Source: Acidobacteriota bacterium (GTDB lineage: Bacteria; Acidobacteriota; UBA6911). Taken from it: DNA of 64,000 nt. The DNA lies in the NCBI GenBank assembly GCA_963664705.1, contig OY761556.1, positions 2,880,001 through 2,944,000 on the forward strand, given 5' to 3'. The notes under the pieces are model-generated. The model did no database searches, was not told the origin of the DNA, and saw nothing but the letters and a program-made list of their open reading frames with translations. Shown piece by piece: positions 21,313-32,232 of the stretch (positions within the stretch are counted from its first letter, which is position 1; every line of letters begins with the position of its first letter). A program made the position numbers and the translations under genes.

Positions 21313-22293
21313 TCATTCGATCCGCTCAAGCACCATCAGGGTCATGTCATCCATTAAGGAGAGTCCGGAACGAAACTCCGAGGCCTCCGCCAGGCAGGCT
21401 CGCATTATCGCATCAGCGCTCTGAGTTCCGCGATCGCGGACGATCTCGATGAGCGGATTTACTCCAAATTCCTGGCCCGCGCGATTTTGCGTTTCGGTAA
21501 GACCATCGGTAAAGAGAACGAGGCAGTCCCCCTTTTGCAGCTGTGCCTTGCTTATCGAGAATTCCGCATTGCAGAACATGCCCAGCGGTAAGCCCGTTGA
21601 ATCGATCGAGCGCACTGCGTCCGACCCTCCAATCAAGGGCGCCAGGTGCCCGGCATTGCAAAGCTCGACTTCGCCGCTTTTCTGTGCACGTCCGCAGACC
21701 AGCGTGGCGTAGTGATTGGAAAGCGTCGATTCGCAGAAAAGTCTGGAAGCGCGCTGCATCATATGGACAAGAGAGAGCTCTAAGCCGGCGAGCGTCCGGA
21801 ACATCGCCTGCAAGTGAGACATCAGCATCGAAGCCGCAACTCCCTTTCCCGATACGTCTCCAATAATAAAATACAAGCTTCCATCCTCGGCGGGGATCAG
21901 GTCGCAGTAGTCCCCGCTCACAGGGCCGGCCGCTTCGTAGTAAAAGGCCGTCCGCCAACCGCTGTGCACCAGTCCTGATTTCGGGAGCAATGCGGATTGG
22001 ATATTTGCGGCCAGTTCCAGATCCTGCTGCAGCGCCTGTTGCTGCGGCGCGGTCAGATGATCAACGCAAAACCGGACAAGGGGGTCCGCCTCGAGGCGAT
22101 CTCTTTCAATCGGGTCATGGCATACTTCGCAGAGGCCGAATGTCCCAATATCCATCCGCGCCAAGGCGCCATCTACTTCGCGCAGAAGCGAGGCCAGGTC
22201 CGACCGTCCGGGCAAAGAGGCAATCGCGTTTTCGAGTTTCTCACGCCGGTTTATCAACTGCGTCCGCAAAGCAGTGTCCGCATTGGTTGCCAT
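21313..22293 (-). CDS. SpoIIE/RsbU-type PP2C phosphatase with N-terminal DksA/TraR-like Zn finger
   Basis: FGLCEVCHDPIE.DRLEADP...CVDH; VSGDYCD, IGDVSGKG, NAGH, FTDGLTE, DDMT. Confidence 0.9.
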   Translation of the reverse strand: MATNADTALRTQLINRREKLENAIASLPGRSDLASLLREVDGALARMDIGTFGLCEVCHDPIERDRLEADPLVRFCVDHLTAPQQQALQQDLELAANIQSALLPKSGLVHSGWRTAFYYEAAGPVSGDYCDLIPAEDGSLYFIIGDVSGKGVAASMLMSHLQAMFRTLAGLELSLVHMMQRASRLFCESTLSNHYATLVCGRAQKSGEVELCNAGHLAPLIGGSDAVRSIDSTGLPLGMFCNAEFSISKAQLQKGDCLVLFTDGLTETQNRAGQEFGVNPLIEIVRDRGTQSADAIMRACLAEASEFRSGLSLMDDMTLMVLERIE

Positions 22294-22477
22294 GATTCCT
22301 CCTTTGATCAATACCGGCAGCGTCCGCCTCTTACCGGCAAAGCACTGCCTCGATCACAAATTCGGCATAGCGGATTCGTCGGATCACATTTTATAGTAAA
22401 ATCCGATAAAGGAGCGCGTTTCTTCTTTTGGCAGAGTTCCCGGTCCTCAAATAGATCGACAGTAAAGGAGACAGGTC

Positions 22478-23020
22478 ATGAATTCGTTATCTGTCATACA
22501 CGATCAATTTCGCCATATGGAATGGGCGGATGCGCTTGTATGGAAAAGCACGGCATCGTCTGAATCCACAAACAGGGACGAAAAGATTATTCTTTGGCTC
22601 CTGCATTTGCATATGACCCAGCAGGCATTTCTGGCTTTTTGGCAGCGTCAATTTGCAAATGCATCGCAGCAGGAAATCATGGAATGGTCTCAAAGGGGAA
22701 GCAAACTGAGAGGGGCGGAATTATTGGCTTGGGCAAAATCCTTTCATCATAATGCCATGGGTTATCTTTCGCGTATATCCGAAACCGCCCTTGCGGAACC
22801 GGCAGTGCTGCCCTGGATGGATATGGTCTCGGCACAATTGGGAAAAATATTGGTTATCCCGAACCTATCCGAAACCCTGCTGCAGGTACCGATGCATAGC
22901 ATGCATCATCGCGGACAAATTAATGCGCGACTACGTGAATTGGGTGTCGACCCGCCGCTTACCGATTTCATTGCATGGGTCTGGCTGGGCAAACCGCCTG
23001 CCGATTGGCCTGAGTTATAG
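22478..23020 (+). CDS. DinB-family protein
   Basis: HM.WAD, LLHL, HSMHHRGQI..LRELG..PP.TD. Confidence 0.85.
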   Translation: MNSLSVIHDQFRHMEWADALVWKSTASSESTNRDEKIILWLLHLHMTQQAFLAFWQRQFANASQQEIMEWSQRGSKLRGAELLAWAKSFHHNAMGYLSRISETALAEPAVLPWMDMVSAQLGKILVIPNLSETLLQVPMHSMHHRGQINARLRELGVDPPLTDFIAWVWLGKPPADWPEL

Positions 23021-23194
23021 TGGTTATTGGGCCCGCTTCCATTATGCAGAACTTCACTCGGGATCACGAAGTTCCTGTTGGCGCCATCCAGGAGCCGCGA
23101 TATCGGCGTAAAATCCATTTTATGGCGGACACTTTGACATTTCCTCTTTCAACCGGATTCATGGCCCGGAATTATGATTCACGCCGCTGTATCC

Positions 23195-25147
23195 TCAGGG
23201 TTTAGGCAGCGCCTCCTTTTCGTCAGGACTCATTGCCATTTTGTATTTGCCGGTTCCGGATTGGTCTACGAACTCGATTTGAATGTCGTCCCCGACTCCT
23301 TTGATATTGCGGTAATACCAATCCTCATAGGGATACATGCCATTAGTCCCACCAGGATGGGATTCAACCTTATCCGGTTTGCCAAACATGATATAGATAC
23401 GCCCTTGATCAGTCCTCCAGCCAGGTTCGCTTGAAGTGTAATGCAGGTTAGCATAAGCGATGCGGCGGTAATGCTCTTCCTTCAGGGAGTTCTCTGCAGA
23501 CGTCGGATCTGGATTCCGCCGGGCCCAGAAATGCTCGATAAAGGAATCTCGATTTGTGTCATCCTTGAGAGCAAGAAATGTGCTCCTTTCTTCCGGAGTG
23601 ATGATATAGACAACGTCTTCATCCAACCACTTCCGGTAGTATCCGGGAACAGTTTCCAGATCCTTCAAGTACTGCTGCACGATTGGAGCATAGTCGCTGT
23701 CAGGGAATTGCCGGAGAAAGTCCTGAGCGCCCTGATCAGCCTTAAAAGTGTATTTTGCATCCCGCAACAAACGATGATTCAAAGCAATCAGTTTCATTTG
23801 GGCATCGGCAATCTTGGGATTGGCAGGAAAAAGCGCGGCAAAAAGTTTGTATTGCTCCTCTGCCTGACGCAAATTTTCTGAGCCGCCTTCCTGGAAGAAG
23901 CTGTCACCTACCGATAACAGGGCATCGGCGGCCAACCGGCTATCGGGATACCTGTTGACTAGGGTCTGGAATGCCAGGCGCGCTTGTCCATAGTTAGCTG
24001 TATTTAAAAGCTGTTTTCCTCTTTCGTAGAGCGTTCGATCGGAATCGCTAGATGAATGATGCGTCGGAGCAGCAGCCGTAGAATATAATGGATTTAACTT
24101 GTTGCCGCCACCTTCTCTGTACTGCGATGCCATATTACTTTCCGCTAACGCGACGGGCGCAGGCAATAGAGTCGCCTGAGCGCGTGCCAAATTGCAAATA
24201 GATGGTATCAGGATCGAAATCGCGCATAGGAGCATCACAACGGACAATCGGACGGGTGAAATTGAGGGACTTCTCCCCGAAGTCAATATCCTGCGAATCC
24301 TTTGATTGAGCCTGCTGCCATGCAGCGATGAGCCCCGGACAGTAATCAAAGCTCCTTTTCTCTTAACGGAGCGGGCAAAATCCAGCAGGTATTCAGCATA
24401 TGTACTGCTGTCATAGCCCCTTGCCAGCACCGTTTCATCACATGTTTGTTCTGCCAATCCCGACAATTTACTGCAGAGCCACCAGGAGAGCGGGTTAAAC
24501 CAGTATAGGCTTCGATTCAGCAGGGCAAGCCATTCGATCAGCGGATCACGCCGACGCACATGTTCTTTTTCATGAATGAGAACGGCATCCAACTTGGCGG
24601 GATCCCAATCTTTCGAATCTACAGGCAGATAAATGCGTGCACCGAATAGTCCAACGGTTATCGGAACGATGCATCGGGTTGAATATGCGATTAGACCCTC
24701 TGCCGAGGTTCCTTCGTGAGTAAGCCGACGAGAAAGGAGTGTTCCCGCCAGCAACTTGAGAGCAAGGACACAAAAGCCTGCGAGGTAGAGAACACCGGCG
24801 ATCTGATAGACGTCCTGGTAAGGTCTTTGAGGATTTGCTGACGGCATCGAGGCTTTATATATGCTATGCACTTCCGGGATCCCAGTTCTTAGGACCGGCA
24901 GGCTGCTGCGATTTTCATTCAGCGGTGCGGCAGGGATTGAAGCCGATGGCAAAATTGGAATTTTGATCCTGGGAGCCCACAGAGACAAGAAAGGCATGCA
25001 CAGCATGGCCATCAATACCCCGGTCCAGGCTTGATGACAAACGCGCGGGGATTTTACTCGCAATATACGCAGCGTTAGAGCCGTCGCTAAAGCAATGATC
25101 ATTGCACGCAACGAGCTTTCGCCCAAAACTTCCAGGATGGCTTTCAT
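23195..25147 (-). CDS. BlaR1/M56 metallopeptidase fused to BamD-like TPR and GWxTD domains
   Basis: [19 protein letters not shown]; TPR region; [15 protein letters not shown]...[16 protein letters not shown]. Confidence 0.9.
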   Translation of the reverse strand: MKAILEVLGESSLRAMIIALATALTLRILRVKSPRVCHQAWTGVLMAMLCMPFLSLWAPRIKIPILPSASIPAAPLNENRSSLPVLRTGIPEVHSIYKASMPSANPQRPYQDVYQIAGVLYLAGFCVLALKLLAGTLLSRRLTHEGTSAEGLIAYSTRCIVPITVGLFGARIYLPVDSKDWDPAKLDAVLIHEKEHVRRRDPLIEWLALLNRSLYWFNPLSWWLCSKLSGLAEQTCDETVLARGYDSSTYAEYLLDFARSVKRKGALITVRGSSLHGSRLNQRIRRILTSGRSPSISPVRLSVVMLLCAISILIPSICNLARAQATLLPAPVALAESNMASQYREGGGNKLNPLYSTAAAPTHHSSSDSDRTLYERGKQLLNTANYGQARLAFQTLVNRYPDSRLAADALLSVGDSFFQEGGSENLRQAEEQYKLFAALFPANPKIADAQMKLIALNHRLLRDAKYTFKADQGAQDFLRQFPDSDYAPIVQQYLKDLETVPGYYRKWLDEDVVYIITPEERSTFLALKDDTNRDSFIEHFWARRNPDPTSAENSLKEEHYRRIAYANLHYTSSEPGWRTDQGRIYIMFGKPDKVESHPGGTNGMYPYEDWYYRNIKGVGDDIQIEFVDQSGTGKYKMAMSPDEKEALPKP

Positions 25148-25555
25148 CTACTTGGTTCCTTTCCGGCGCTTGCGTGCCATATGTGCCAATTGCTCCAGTT
25201 CTTCATCGCTTAGGACTCTGGCATCAACCATACCCGCTACAAGTTCTTCTACGGAACCGCGGCAGAAACGATCAATTATTTGGCGTACGGCCCGTGCCGC
25301 AAGGCTGTGCGGCGTCTCTCCGGCGCTGTAGATGTATGCGCGGTCACGGGATTCGTGAGACAGATACCCTTTCTTCTCCAGTCTTCGCAGCATGGTGCGC
25401 ACGCTGGATTCCTTCAGTTTGCGTAGTGGAACGAGCGCCTCATGAACCTGCTCCACCGAGGAGGCTCCACGATTCCAGATAATCTGCATGATTTCATTTT
25501 CCAAATCCGTCAGAGGGGGGCGGACCCTGGCTTTTGCTTCGTTACGATATGTCAT
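25148..25555 (-). CDS. BlaI/MecI/CopY-family repressor
   Basis: LTDLENEIMQIIW, SVRTMLRRLEKKGYL, RAYIY, FCRGS; directly upstream of the M56 gene. Confidence 0.9.
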   Translation of the reverse strand: MTYRNEAKARVRPPLTDLENEIMQIIWNRGASSVEQVHEALVPLRKLKESSVRTMLRRLEKKGYLSHESRDRAYIYSAGETPHSLAARAVRQIIDRFCRGSVEELVAGMVDARVLSDEELEQLAHMARKRRKGTK

Positions 25556-25572
25556 GGTACACACTGTACCAT
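25554..25572. promoter_or_regulatory. Putative BlaI-family operator
   Basis: Palindrome ATGGTACA-cac-TGTACCAT (TACA..TGTA core) overlapping the repressor start codon. Confidence 0.65.
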
Positions 25573-25791
25573 ATAAACAATTTCAAATGCAAAAATATTT
25601 ACTATGGAGTTGATAGACCGATGGATTTGCCCTTAACGGAATACGGGAGTGAAGTCTAATAGCCAACAATGGAAGATAGGAAACAAGGAAACGGCAACCA
25701 TTAAGGCAGTGTTTTCAGGACAATCACAGCAGCATGTGCTAATCTGAAATAAAGAAATCCACAACCTGAAGATTGGCATGAGGAGGATGGC

Positions 25792-26301
25792 ATGACCAAG
25801 CATCAGCGTTTGGTATATATCAGGATCGCATTAATCTCATATTGCCCCATAAGCTGCCTTTTGGCAGGCCTATTGTCGCAGCATATCGCGCGCACTGGCC
25901 CGTCCTATGTTGCGGTACTCTTTCAAGGCGGCTTGCTGCGAAACACTATTCCATTCCCTGGCTATCCGGGTTTGATACAACTGCCGGGATTGGTTCTGGG
26001 TTTCTGCTCGTTTGCCCTTGCGGCACTATTTCTCAATTCGCAACGCCCGCTAATAGGCTTATTCCAAGTGCGCATTCTTCTCATACTTTTGATTTGGTTG
26101 GTCACTTTCCCAATCAACGCGGTAGTGATCTCCGAATCCCGAAACACCGGAACTGCGGCATGGTTGTGTTTGATTTTTGTAGCTGTTCATTTGATTATCG
26201 CATTCGCGGCAACCTTCCTTCCCTTTTTAAGGTCTCGCAAAGCCACAATGGGATGGATGGCGGCAAGATCAGCCAGGCGAGCAGGTTTCAGGATTTGTTG
26301 A
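25792..26301 (+). CDS. Hypothetical membrane protein
   Basis: RBS AGGAGG; 4 hydrophobic segments. Confidence 0.65.
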   Translation: MTKHQRLVYIRIALISYCPISCLLAGLLSQHIARTGPSYVAVLFQGGLLRNTIPFPGYPGLIQLPGLVLGFCSFALAALFLNSQRPLIGLFQVRILLILLIWLVTFPINAVVISESRNTGTAAWLCLIFVAVHLIIAFAATFLPFLRSRKATMGWMAARSARRAGFRIC

Positions 26302-26414
26302 ACCTATCCCCAATTATGTTGGATCCTGCGTTTCGGCATCCGGACATATGCATGAGGAATAAGGCCAAAGCAACAAGGCTATGATTTAAGCGAGTACGGG
26401 ATAGCCGTTCTTAA

Positions 26415-28169
26415 TCATGCGAAATCCAATTCGATATCCAACCACCGATGCCTGGCGTGCAGGAACAGTGCGGCGGACACGAGTACCAAGGCTATGTTCA
26501 GTGGCCATGAATGGAACCGGTAGGCAATAACGGTGATCGGGACCAGCAGCAGCGCGTTGCCCGCCAGCCAGGCGGGTCCCCCAGCATACGCTCTCCGTTT
26601 ACCCGTTAGGAGCGATGCCGCCACCTGTCCCAGCGCCAGTCCCAATCCCATTACAATCATCTGAACCAAACCATCCCAGGACCAATGGAATCGGGACGCG
26701 GCGTCGATCAATTCAAAAGAGCAGCTTTTTGCCTGCAAAATATTTTTACTAAACCATAGAATAAATAAATGCGATACAAATGCGGTTGCGACTATACGCA
26801 GCGACATCAATAAAACAGACCACTCATACGCCCGTAGCGACTGTTTAAGGAATGCCGCTCTCGATGGCAGAGCAGTTTGGAAATAGAGAAGAGGCAGCCG
26901 GTTCCTGTGCGCTTGAAAATCATTTGCCAGAATAGCTGCGCTGAAAAACAGAAGGCCAGGAAGAATAAAATTAATCGCATTTGTCGAATTTTCCGCCAGG
27001 CAGTATGCAAAAGCCATGCAGGTTCCCACATAGCAAAAGGCGGCAAATTTGAGCCAATCGCTTCCGGCCACGAAAACAGGACTTAAAATACCAAATCTCA
27101 GCAATGGCCCCAATCGACTGGACACCACTCCGGCCCTTAGCTTGGAACTCAATTGCATAATCCAGAGTTCCGCTTTTTTTACACCCCCAGGCTGAGTCTT
27201 ATCACGGTTCCAGAGACAAACAACGTAGTCTCGATGCCAGGATTCAGGTGAAAACATGTATGGCAGTTTCAACCCGTCATAACTAATGAAGGAGTAATAG
27301 CCCCAGTAAGGGTCGGCTGAATATGTATAAATTTCCCATTCGGAAATATATACGTACCGCAGGTAACGCCAGCAGATCAGAATAGCGGCGCAGAGGGATA
27401 GAAACAGGACAATAGTCAGGAAGATATTCAGCCGGAAATTTTCCAGGCTCCTAAATTGTATCCCGGCAGACCACCGTGACGTGTCCGCAAACTCGCTGAT
27501 CCCGCAAATGCCATAAATCACCCAAAGGATAAAAGCCCCTCCTGCCAGCGCACTCAAATTATTCAGGAAATACGCGCCAAACCACGAAGTCATGACCGCA
27601 ATGCAGGTAACAAAGGCAAGCAGAATAAAGAAGCTATATATGCCCATTATTGATTTAGCATGCTGCCCTATATTGCCGAGCGCGTTCAGAAATAAGCAGT
27701 AAATAATGAGAAAAGAGCGTGTGTCGTACGACATAAACCGAACGACCCGGCTGTTGTCGCGAAAAAGAAGCCCGTTCAGACAGTAAAGGCCGTACCACAA
27801 AGACAACACCGCCATGCTGAGAAAAGAAGACACCGTTAATAAAATCGGTCCATGGCTAAGTACCGTGAGCGCCAGTACCCATGAAATCAGAATTGCCGGA
27901 AGGGCAAACGCCGCCGCCATTTGATAGCCACGGTACGCGGGAACCAGATCCGTTTCCTCACCCTCTTTGAGTGCCTGCCCCATGCAATATCCGGATGCAA
28001 CGGAGATAAAAGCAATGGCACAGAGAAATAAACTCCAGGAGGTTTTGGGATAGGAGACTGCCAGGGCTATATGAGCCGCTATCACAAGGCAGCCTGCTGC
28101 CGGCAGCACCATTTGCGGCATGAGCCGGTGGTGGCCATAAATCCGCAAAACATGGGAGAGGACCATCAT
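26415..28169 (-). CDS. Polytopic membrane protein, probable ABC exporter permease
   Basis: Many TM segments; overlaps the ABC ATPase stop. Confidence 0.65.
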   Translation of the reverse strand: MMVLSHVLRIYGHHRLMPQMVLPAAGCLVIAAHIALAVSYPKTSWSLFLCAIAFISVASGYCMGQALKEGEETDLVPAYRGYQMAAAFALPAILISWVLALTVLSHGPILLTVSSFLSMAVLSLWYGLYCLNGLLFRDNSRVVRFMSYDTRSFLIIYCLFLNALGNIGQHAKSIMGIYSFFILLAFVTCIAVMTSWFGAYFLNNLSALAGGAFILWVIYGICGISEFADTSRWSAGIQFRSLENFRLNIFLTIVLFLSLCAAILICWRYLRYVYISEWEIYTYSADPYWGYYSFISYDGLKLPYMFSPESWHRDYVVCLWNRDKTQPGGVKKAELWIMQLSSKLRAGVVSSRLGPLLRFGILSPVFVAGSDWLKFAAFCYVGTCMAFAYCLAENSTNAINFILPGLLFFSAAILANDFQAHRNRLPLLYFQTALPSRAAFLKQSLRAYEWSVLLMSLRIVATAFVSHLFILWFSKNILQAKSCSFELIDAASRFHWSWDGLVQMIVMGLGLALGQVAASLLTGKRRAYAGGPAWLAGNALLLVPITVIAYRFHSWPLNIALVLVSAALFLHARHRWLDIELDFA

Positions 28170-29044
28170 CGGTTCACCTCCAGAAAAATGTCTTCCAGAT
28201 TAAGTGATTCTATCGTGATGCGAGCGGACAATCTTTCACTCAGGCGGAGGATCTCCTCATCCGGAACATTCTCCACCGTCACTTCGGCCGTTGCCCCTTC
28301 AACGACGCTGTGGAGGATATTGGGCGTCGGTATGGGCAGCAGCAAATTCCTGTCGGATTGAATGCGTATCCGGCGGATGCGTTCCTGTAGACTATCGAGC
28401 GCTCCGCGGCAGGCAACCACGCCGTTTTTTATTATCACGATGTCACTGGCAACCCGCTCCAGATCCGATGCAATATGAGAACAAAATATCATGGACCGAT
28501 TTTCGTCCATCCCGAGTTCCACGATCTGACGCAGAAAGTCGCGGCGGGCTAGAGGATCCAGGCTGGCCACCGGTTCATCAAATACAAGAAGGTCCGGCTC
28601 ATGCCCAAGCGCCCGGATAATTGAGAGTTTTTGGATTTCCCCTTCGGACATCCGGCTGATGCGCATTGCGGGACTGAGCCCCCATTCCTTCATCAGGGTG
28701 GAGACTTTTTCGCGATTCCAGCGCTGATAGAACGAACCGACATAATCCAGAAAAGTCCCTGCTTTCATCCAGCGGAATCCGGGCATTGTTTGCGGCACGA
28801 AGCCGATGCGCTGTTTGGCGGCCACGCTGAGGTTCCAGGCCTCCTCACCAAAAACGGTTGCCTTGCCTGCATCCGGCTTCAGAAGACCGAGCATGCATTT
28901 GATAAGCGTTGATTTGCCCGCACCATTGCGCCCCATCAATCCCAGCACTGTTCCGGGCGGCACATTGATATCCAGTCCCATAAGAACGCTCCGGGCATTG
29001 TATCTTTTGCGAATGTTGGTCAGCTCGACAATGTTATTGCTCAT
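28166..29044 (-). CDS. ABC transporter ATP-binding protein (YtrB-like)
   Basis: GRNGAGKST, MSEGE, LVFDEP, SH. Confidence 0.9.
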   Translation of the reverse strand: MSNNIVELTNIRKRYNARSVLMGLDINVPPGTVLGLMGRNGAGKSTLIKCMLGLLKPDAGKATVFGEEAWNLSVAAKQRIGFVPQTMPGFRWMKAGTFLDYVGSFYQRWNREKVSTLMKEWGLSPAMRISRMSEGEIQKLSIIRALGHEPDLLVFDEPVASLDPLARRDFLRQIVELGMDENRSMIFCSHIASDLERVASDIVIIKNGVVACRGALDSLQERIRRIRIQSDRNLLLPIPTPNILHSVVEGATAEVTVENVPDEEILRLSERLSARITIESLNLEDIFLEVNR

Positions 29045-29441
29045 CTCTTTCCTCCAGATACGCAGACAGCGCTTCAAGTACCTCTATCCTGGACAGACCC
29101 AGTTGCTTGGCCTGAGTCGCAACGTCAAGCAGGGCCGGTCGAAGCAGTTCCATGCGCTTTCGGGGAGTGCGGGAGGCGCTATTTAACGAGGCAACACGCA
29201 TCCCGCCGCCGCGAATATGCTCAACCACGCCATCCTTCTCGAGCAGGCTGTAAGCTTTGGAAATCGTCATTGGATTTATTTCGTAATGACTCGCCGCCTG
29301 CCTGATGGAGGGAAGTTCATCTCCAGCTTTGAGCACACCACTGGCGACAAATCGACGCACCTGGTCGATGATCTGCCTGTATATGGGGATCCCCGAGCCG
29401 GGTTTGATATCAAATAGCAGCGTCCGGATATCCTCTGTCAT
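29034..29441 (-). CDS. GntR (YtrA-subfamily) regulator
   Basis: PIYRQIIDQV...LPSIRQ.A....INPMTISKAY..LE..G; heads the ABC operon. Confidence 0.9.
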   Translation of the reverse strand: MTEDIRTLLFDIKPGSGIPIYRQIIDQVRRFVASGVLKAGDELPSIRQAASHYEINPMTISKAYSLLEKDGVVEHIRGGGMRVASLNSASRTPRKRMELLRPALLDVATQAKQLGLSRIEVLEALSAYLEERDEQ

Positions 29442-29467
29442 TCTGCATTCCTTTAACTTGGCCGAAT

Positions 29468-29510
29468 AATAGTGCATTACTGTAGTAATGCACTATTGCT
29501 GTTATGTCAA
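29468..29510 (-). promoter_or_regulatory. Promoter with YtrA-type operator palindrome
   Basis: Perfect 14-bp arms AATAGTGCATTACT-gt-AGTAATGCACTATT (29468-29497) just downstream of a - strand TTGACA (29505-29510). Confidence 0.8.
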
Positions 29511-29613
29511 TAGAAATTATTATGGCAGCCTGTGGTATTGCATTTTGGGTGTGGGTATAAACAGATCTTCGGCTGGCTTTTAGGCTGGTGGAACAGGGTA
29601 TGAATCGGCATTT

Positions 29614-29651
29614 TACATTTGGCGCTATCTCCCAGATCGGGGCTGCAAGAC
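29614..29651 (+). repeat. Class A recombination-like site (variant core)
   Basis: TACATTTGGCGCTATCTCCCAGA|TCGGGGC|TGCAAGAC. Confidence 0.6.
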
Positions 29652-29854
29652 AACATCGATTGCGAGTGAAACGATTTGCCGGTATAACTGAATCTTAAGT
29701 CGTCTTACCTCCTGTAGTGCTGACATTGGTCGCGCTTAAGGGATGGAATACATGAAGCCAAGGATTGGGTTCAGTTCTCGGTGAGCAAAACGGCGGAATT
29801 CGGCTCGCAAAAGATGAGCGTATTCGATTGCTACTAGCGCAAGAGTTTATATCT

Positions 29855-30664
29855 ATGCCAGAGATCACTCGCACTGAAGGACAACGAGCTTTTGGGCACG
29901 ATCCCGCGGGTTATGATCATGCCAGACTCGAATATCCGCCAAGTGTTTATGACATTTTGTGCGACCGTTGCGGTTTACGACCTGGAGCGCACACGTTCGA
30001 GGTTGGACCAGGGACAGGCATCGCAACCCGGCAACTGTTGCGGCTCGGAGCGGCTCCACTGATAGCAGTGGAGCCGGATGAGCGCCTTGCTGCATTTCTG
30101 GCAAATACAATAGGCCGGCACACCAGTAATCTCGAGATAAAGATAGTTACTTTTGAGGATGCGGAGCTGCCCTCCGGCTGGTTCGACCTGGGCACGGCTG
30201 CTTCAGTTCTTCACTGGCTCGATGAAGAGGCCGCCCTTCGCAAGGCAGCTAGCATTTTGCGCCCAGGCGGCTGGTGGGCCATGTGGTGGAATGTCTTTGG
30301 TGACCCCTCACAACCCAGTGAGTTTCACGAGGCCACTCAAAGCCTGTGGGCAAATCTGGACCGGAGCCCCGGAAATAGTTCCGACGGCCAGCCTCCATTT
30401 GCTTTAGACATAGATAGCCGCATTGATCGGCTACAGTCCACAGGTACATTCGAAAGTATCACCGGTGAAATAATGCGCTGGACGGAGACCTTAGATACGG
30501 ATCAAGTGATGAAACTGTACGCTACCTTCCCATCGATCAGTCGACTGAATCCTGCGGAGCGGCAGCAGTTCCTCGAGGGGCTCGCTCTTGTTGCTGACAA
30601 CAAATTCGGTGGCCGCGTCAAGCTATTCATGGTGACAGCGCTCTATACGGCGCAGCGGCGGTAG
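29855..30664 (+). CDS. Class I SAM-dependent methyltransferase
   Basis: YD.AR..YP, EVGPGTGIAT, AVEPD, LHW, LRPGGW. Confidence 0.9.
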   Translation: MPEITRTEGQRAFGHDPAGYDHARLEYPPSVYDILCDRCGLRPGAHTFEVGPGTGIATRQLLRLGAAPLIAVEPDERLAAFLANTIGRHTSNLEIKIVTFEDAELPSGWFDLGTAASVLHWLDEEAALRKAASILRPGGWWAMWWNVFGDPSQPSEFHEATQSLWANLDRSPGNSSDGQPPFALDIDSRIDRLQSTGTFESITGEIMRWTETLDTDQVMKLYATFPSISRLNPAERQQFLEGLALVADNKFGGRVKLFMVTALYTAQRR

Positions 30665-30834
30665 TGGGTACAAGGTGGATATCGAGTTTACCCCTGCCGT
30701 AAAAGGAAGTAGAACGGAAAACGCAAAAGATATCGTTAAGAATATTTCTAAACCATATCTCGACTTGCGACAAACATTTGATTAGGCCCTGCTGTTCCGA
30801 CTAGGCGGTTGCACCGTTTTCCTGGAGGCAGATA

Positions 30835-32232
30835 TTATGGCACCCTGAATTCCGCATTCGAAGGCGGCGTTACGGCCTTCTCCTCCGGTCGGGGAATCTG
30901 CGACAGCCACGCGTACGGCACCCGGTATGCCCGGTACACGGCACCCACGCCACGTGCTCCCGTCGGCAGAGGGCTCATATACTCCCACACGATCCGGCGA
31001 TCGCTGGTCACCTCGAACACACGTCCGCCGGCGCCTTCGGTGATAAGCGTGTTGCCGTTCGGCAGCCGCTGCATACCGCTGATGTTGGTGCTGAAGAACT
31101 GGTCCCCTGCCGTGTACGACCAGACGAGCTTCAGCGTTATCGGATCTATCTCGAGGACCCGCGAAGTGGACCGAGCATAAATGCCGATGCCGTTCGGCGC
31201 AATTCCGCTGGGCTCCCCGTAGCCGCTTGAGCCCCCGTTATCGAATACGAGCAGGTTGCCCGCGCCGGGAAGCCCCTTGGGGATGAGGTGGGCGTGATGC
31301 TGGCCGATGATCTGGCCTATCGCGCGCATCGCATCGGATTCGAGGAAGTTGGGCCCAAGCCGCCATACGATCGAACCGTCGCGCGCGATGATGGCAAGCA
31401 GGCTCGCTTCGCGGCAGCTGATGATAATGTTATTCGGTGCAAACCGCTTGTCGCCGGCATCGAACCATCGGTTCGGTCCAACATAGGTCGCGGAATTGAT
31501 GTGCAGCCAGTCGAATGCGGCCGGTGCGGCAGCGCCTCGGTTACCGGCGCGGGCGCCTCGGATCGAAGCACGTGCCCGCGCATCGAAACCCATCTCTCCA
31601 ATGTGGTCGCCCGCGATCCACTCCCAGATGATTTCGCCCGTCGGCGACAGCTCAAGGATGCGGTCGTCCTGCAGCAGCACATCGGCGATGTCGGGTACGC
31701 GGCGGTCGGTGTGCGTCAGAATCAGAGTGTTGGCGCCGGAGCGGGCGGGCGTCGCCTCTGGCGAGTAATAGCCCGCTGGAAAATCCTCGCGCTGCCAATC
31801 GTGGTGCTGGCGCGCCGACCAGATGTTCTGGCCATTTGCGGTCGGGATCTCCTGATTGCGATTAAAGCTCCAGATTTCCTTGCCGTTAAAATCACGCTGA
31901 ATGAGTGCCAGCGACTCCTGCCGTCCCTCCCGAGCGCCACTGGCTGCAATGACATCGCCGTTTGGCAATACCCGCGCCGGACCTCCAGCTGAGTTGTTGA
32001 ATCCATCCCATCGCTTGACGGTCCGGCCGTTCATGTCGATGACAACCACCGCCTGCGTGCCCAAGAGAGAGAGCACGGTGTAGCCGTTCCATGCACCCGC
32101 GGGCTCGTAAATCGTTGTACCGGTCGGAAACACCGAAGGGCCGGCTTGTCCCATCAGCGACAGCACCATCAGGGTAATTGCGGTGAGGCCAAGTGTCCTT
32201 TGACTGATTTCGGGCAAAAATAATCGAATCAT
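30835..32232 (-). CDS. Arylsulfotransferase (ASST)-family protein
   Basis: RQHHD, DWLHINS, GQHHAH, VFDNG, SGMQRLPNGNTLITEG, VYRAYR; signal peptide; RBS AAGGAG. Confidence 0.85.
   Translation of the reverse strand: MIRLFLPEISQRTLGLTAITLMVLSLMGQAGPSVFPTGTTIYEPAGAWNGYTVLSLLGTQAVVVIDMNGRTVKRWDGFNNSAGGPARVLPNGDVIAASGAREGRQESLALIQRDFNGKEIWSFNRNQEIPTANGQNIWSARQHHDWQREDFPAGYYSPEATPARSGANTLILTHTDRRVPDIADVLLQDDRILELSPTGEIIWEWIAGDHIGEMGFDARARASIRGARAGNRGAAAPAAFDWLHINSATYVGPNRWFDAGDKRFAPNNIIISCREASLLAIIARDGSIVWRLGPNFLESDAMRAIGQIIGQHHAHLIPKGLPGAGNLLVFDNGGSSGYGEPSGIAPNGIGIYARSTSRVLEIDPITLKLVWSYTAGDQFFSTNISGMQRLPNGNTLITEGAGGRVFEVTSDRRIVWEYMSPLPTGARGVGAVYRAYRVPYAWLSQIPRPEEKAVTPPSNAEFRVP

Noticed and set aside
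25628-25700. Class B-like sequences (GCCCTTAACGGAATACGGGAG; GGAAACGGCAACC)
   Set aside because: Arm spacing or sequence is too divergent to count without a PWM score
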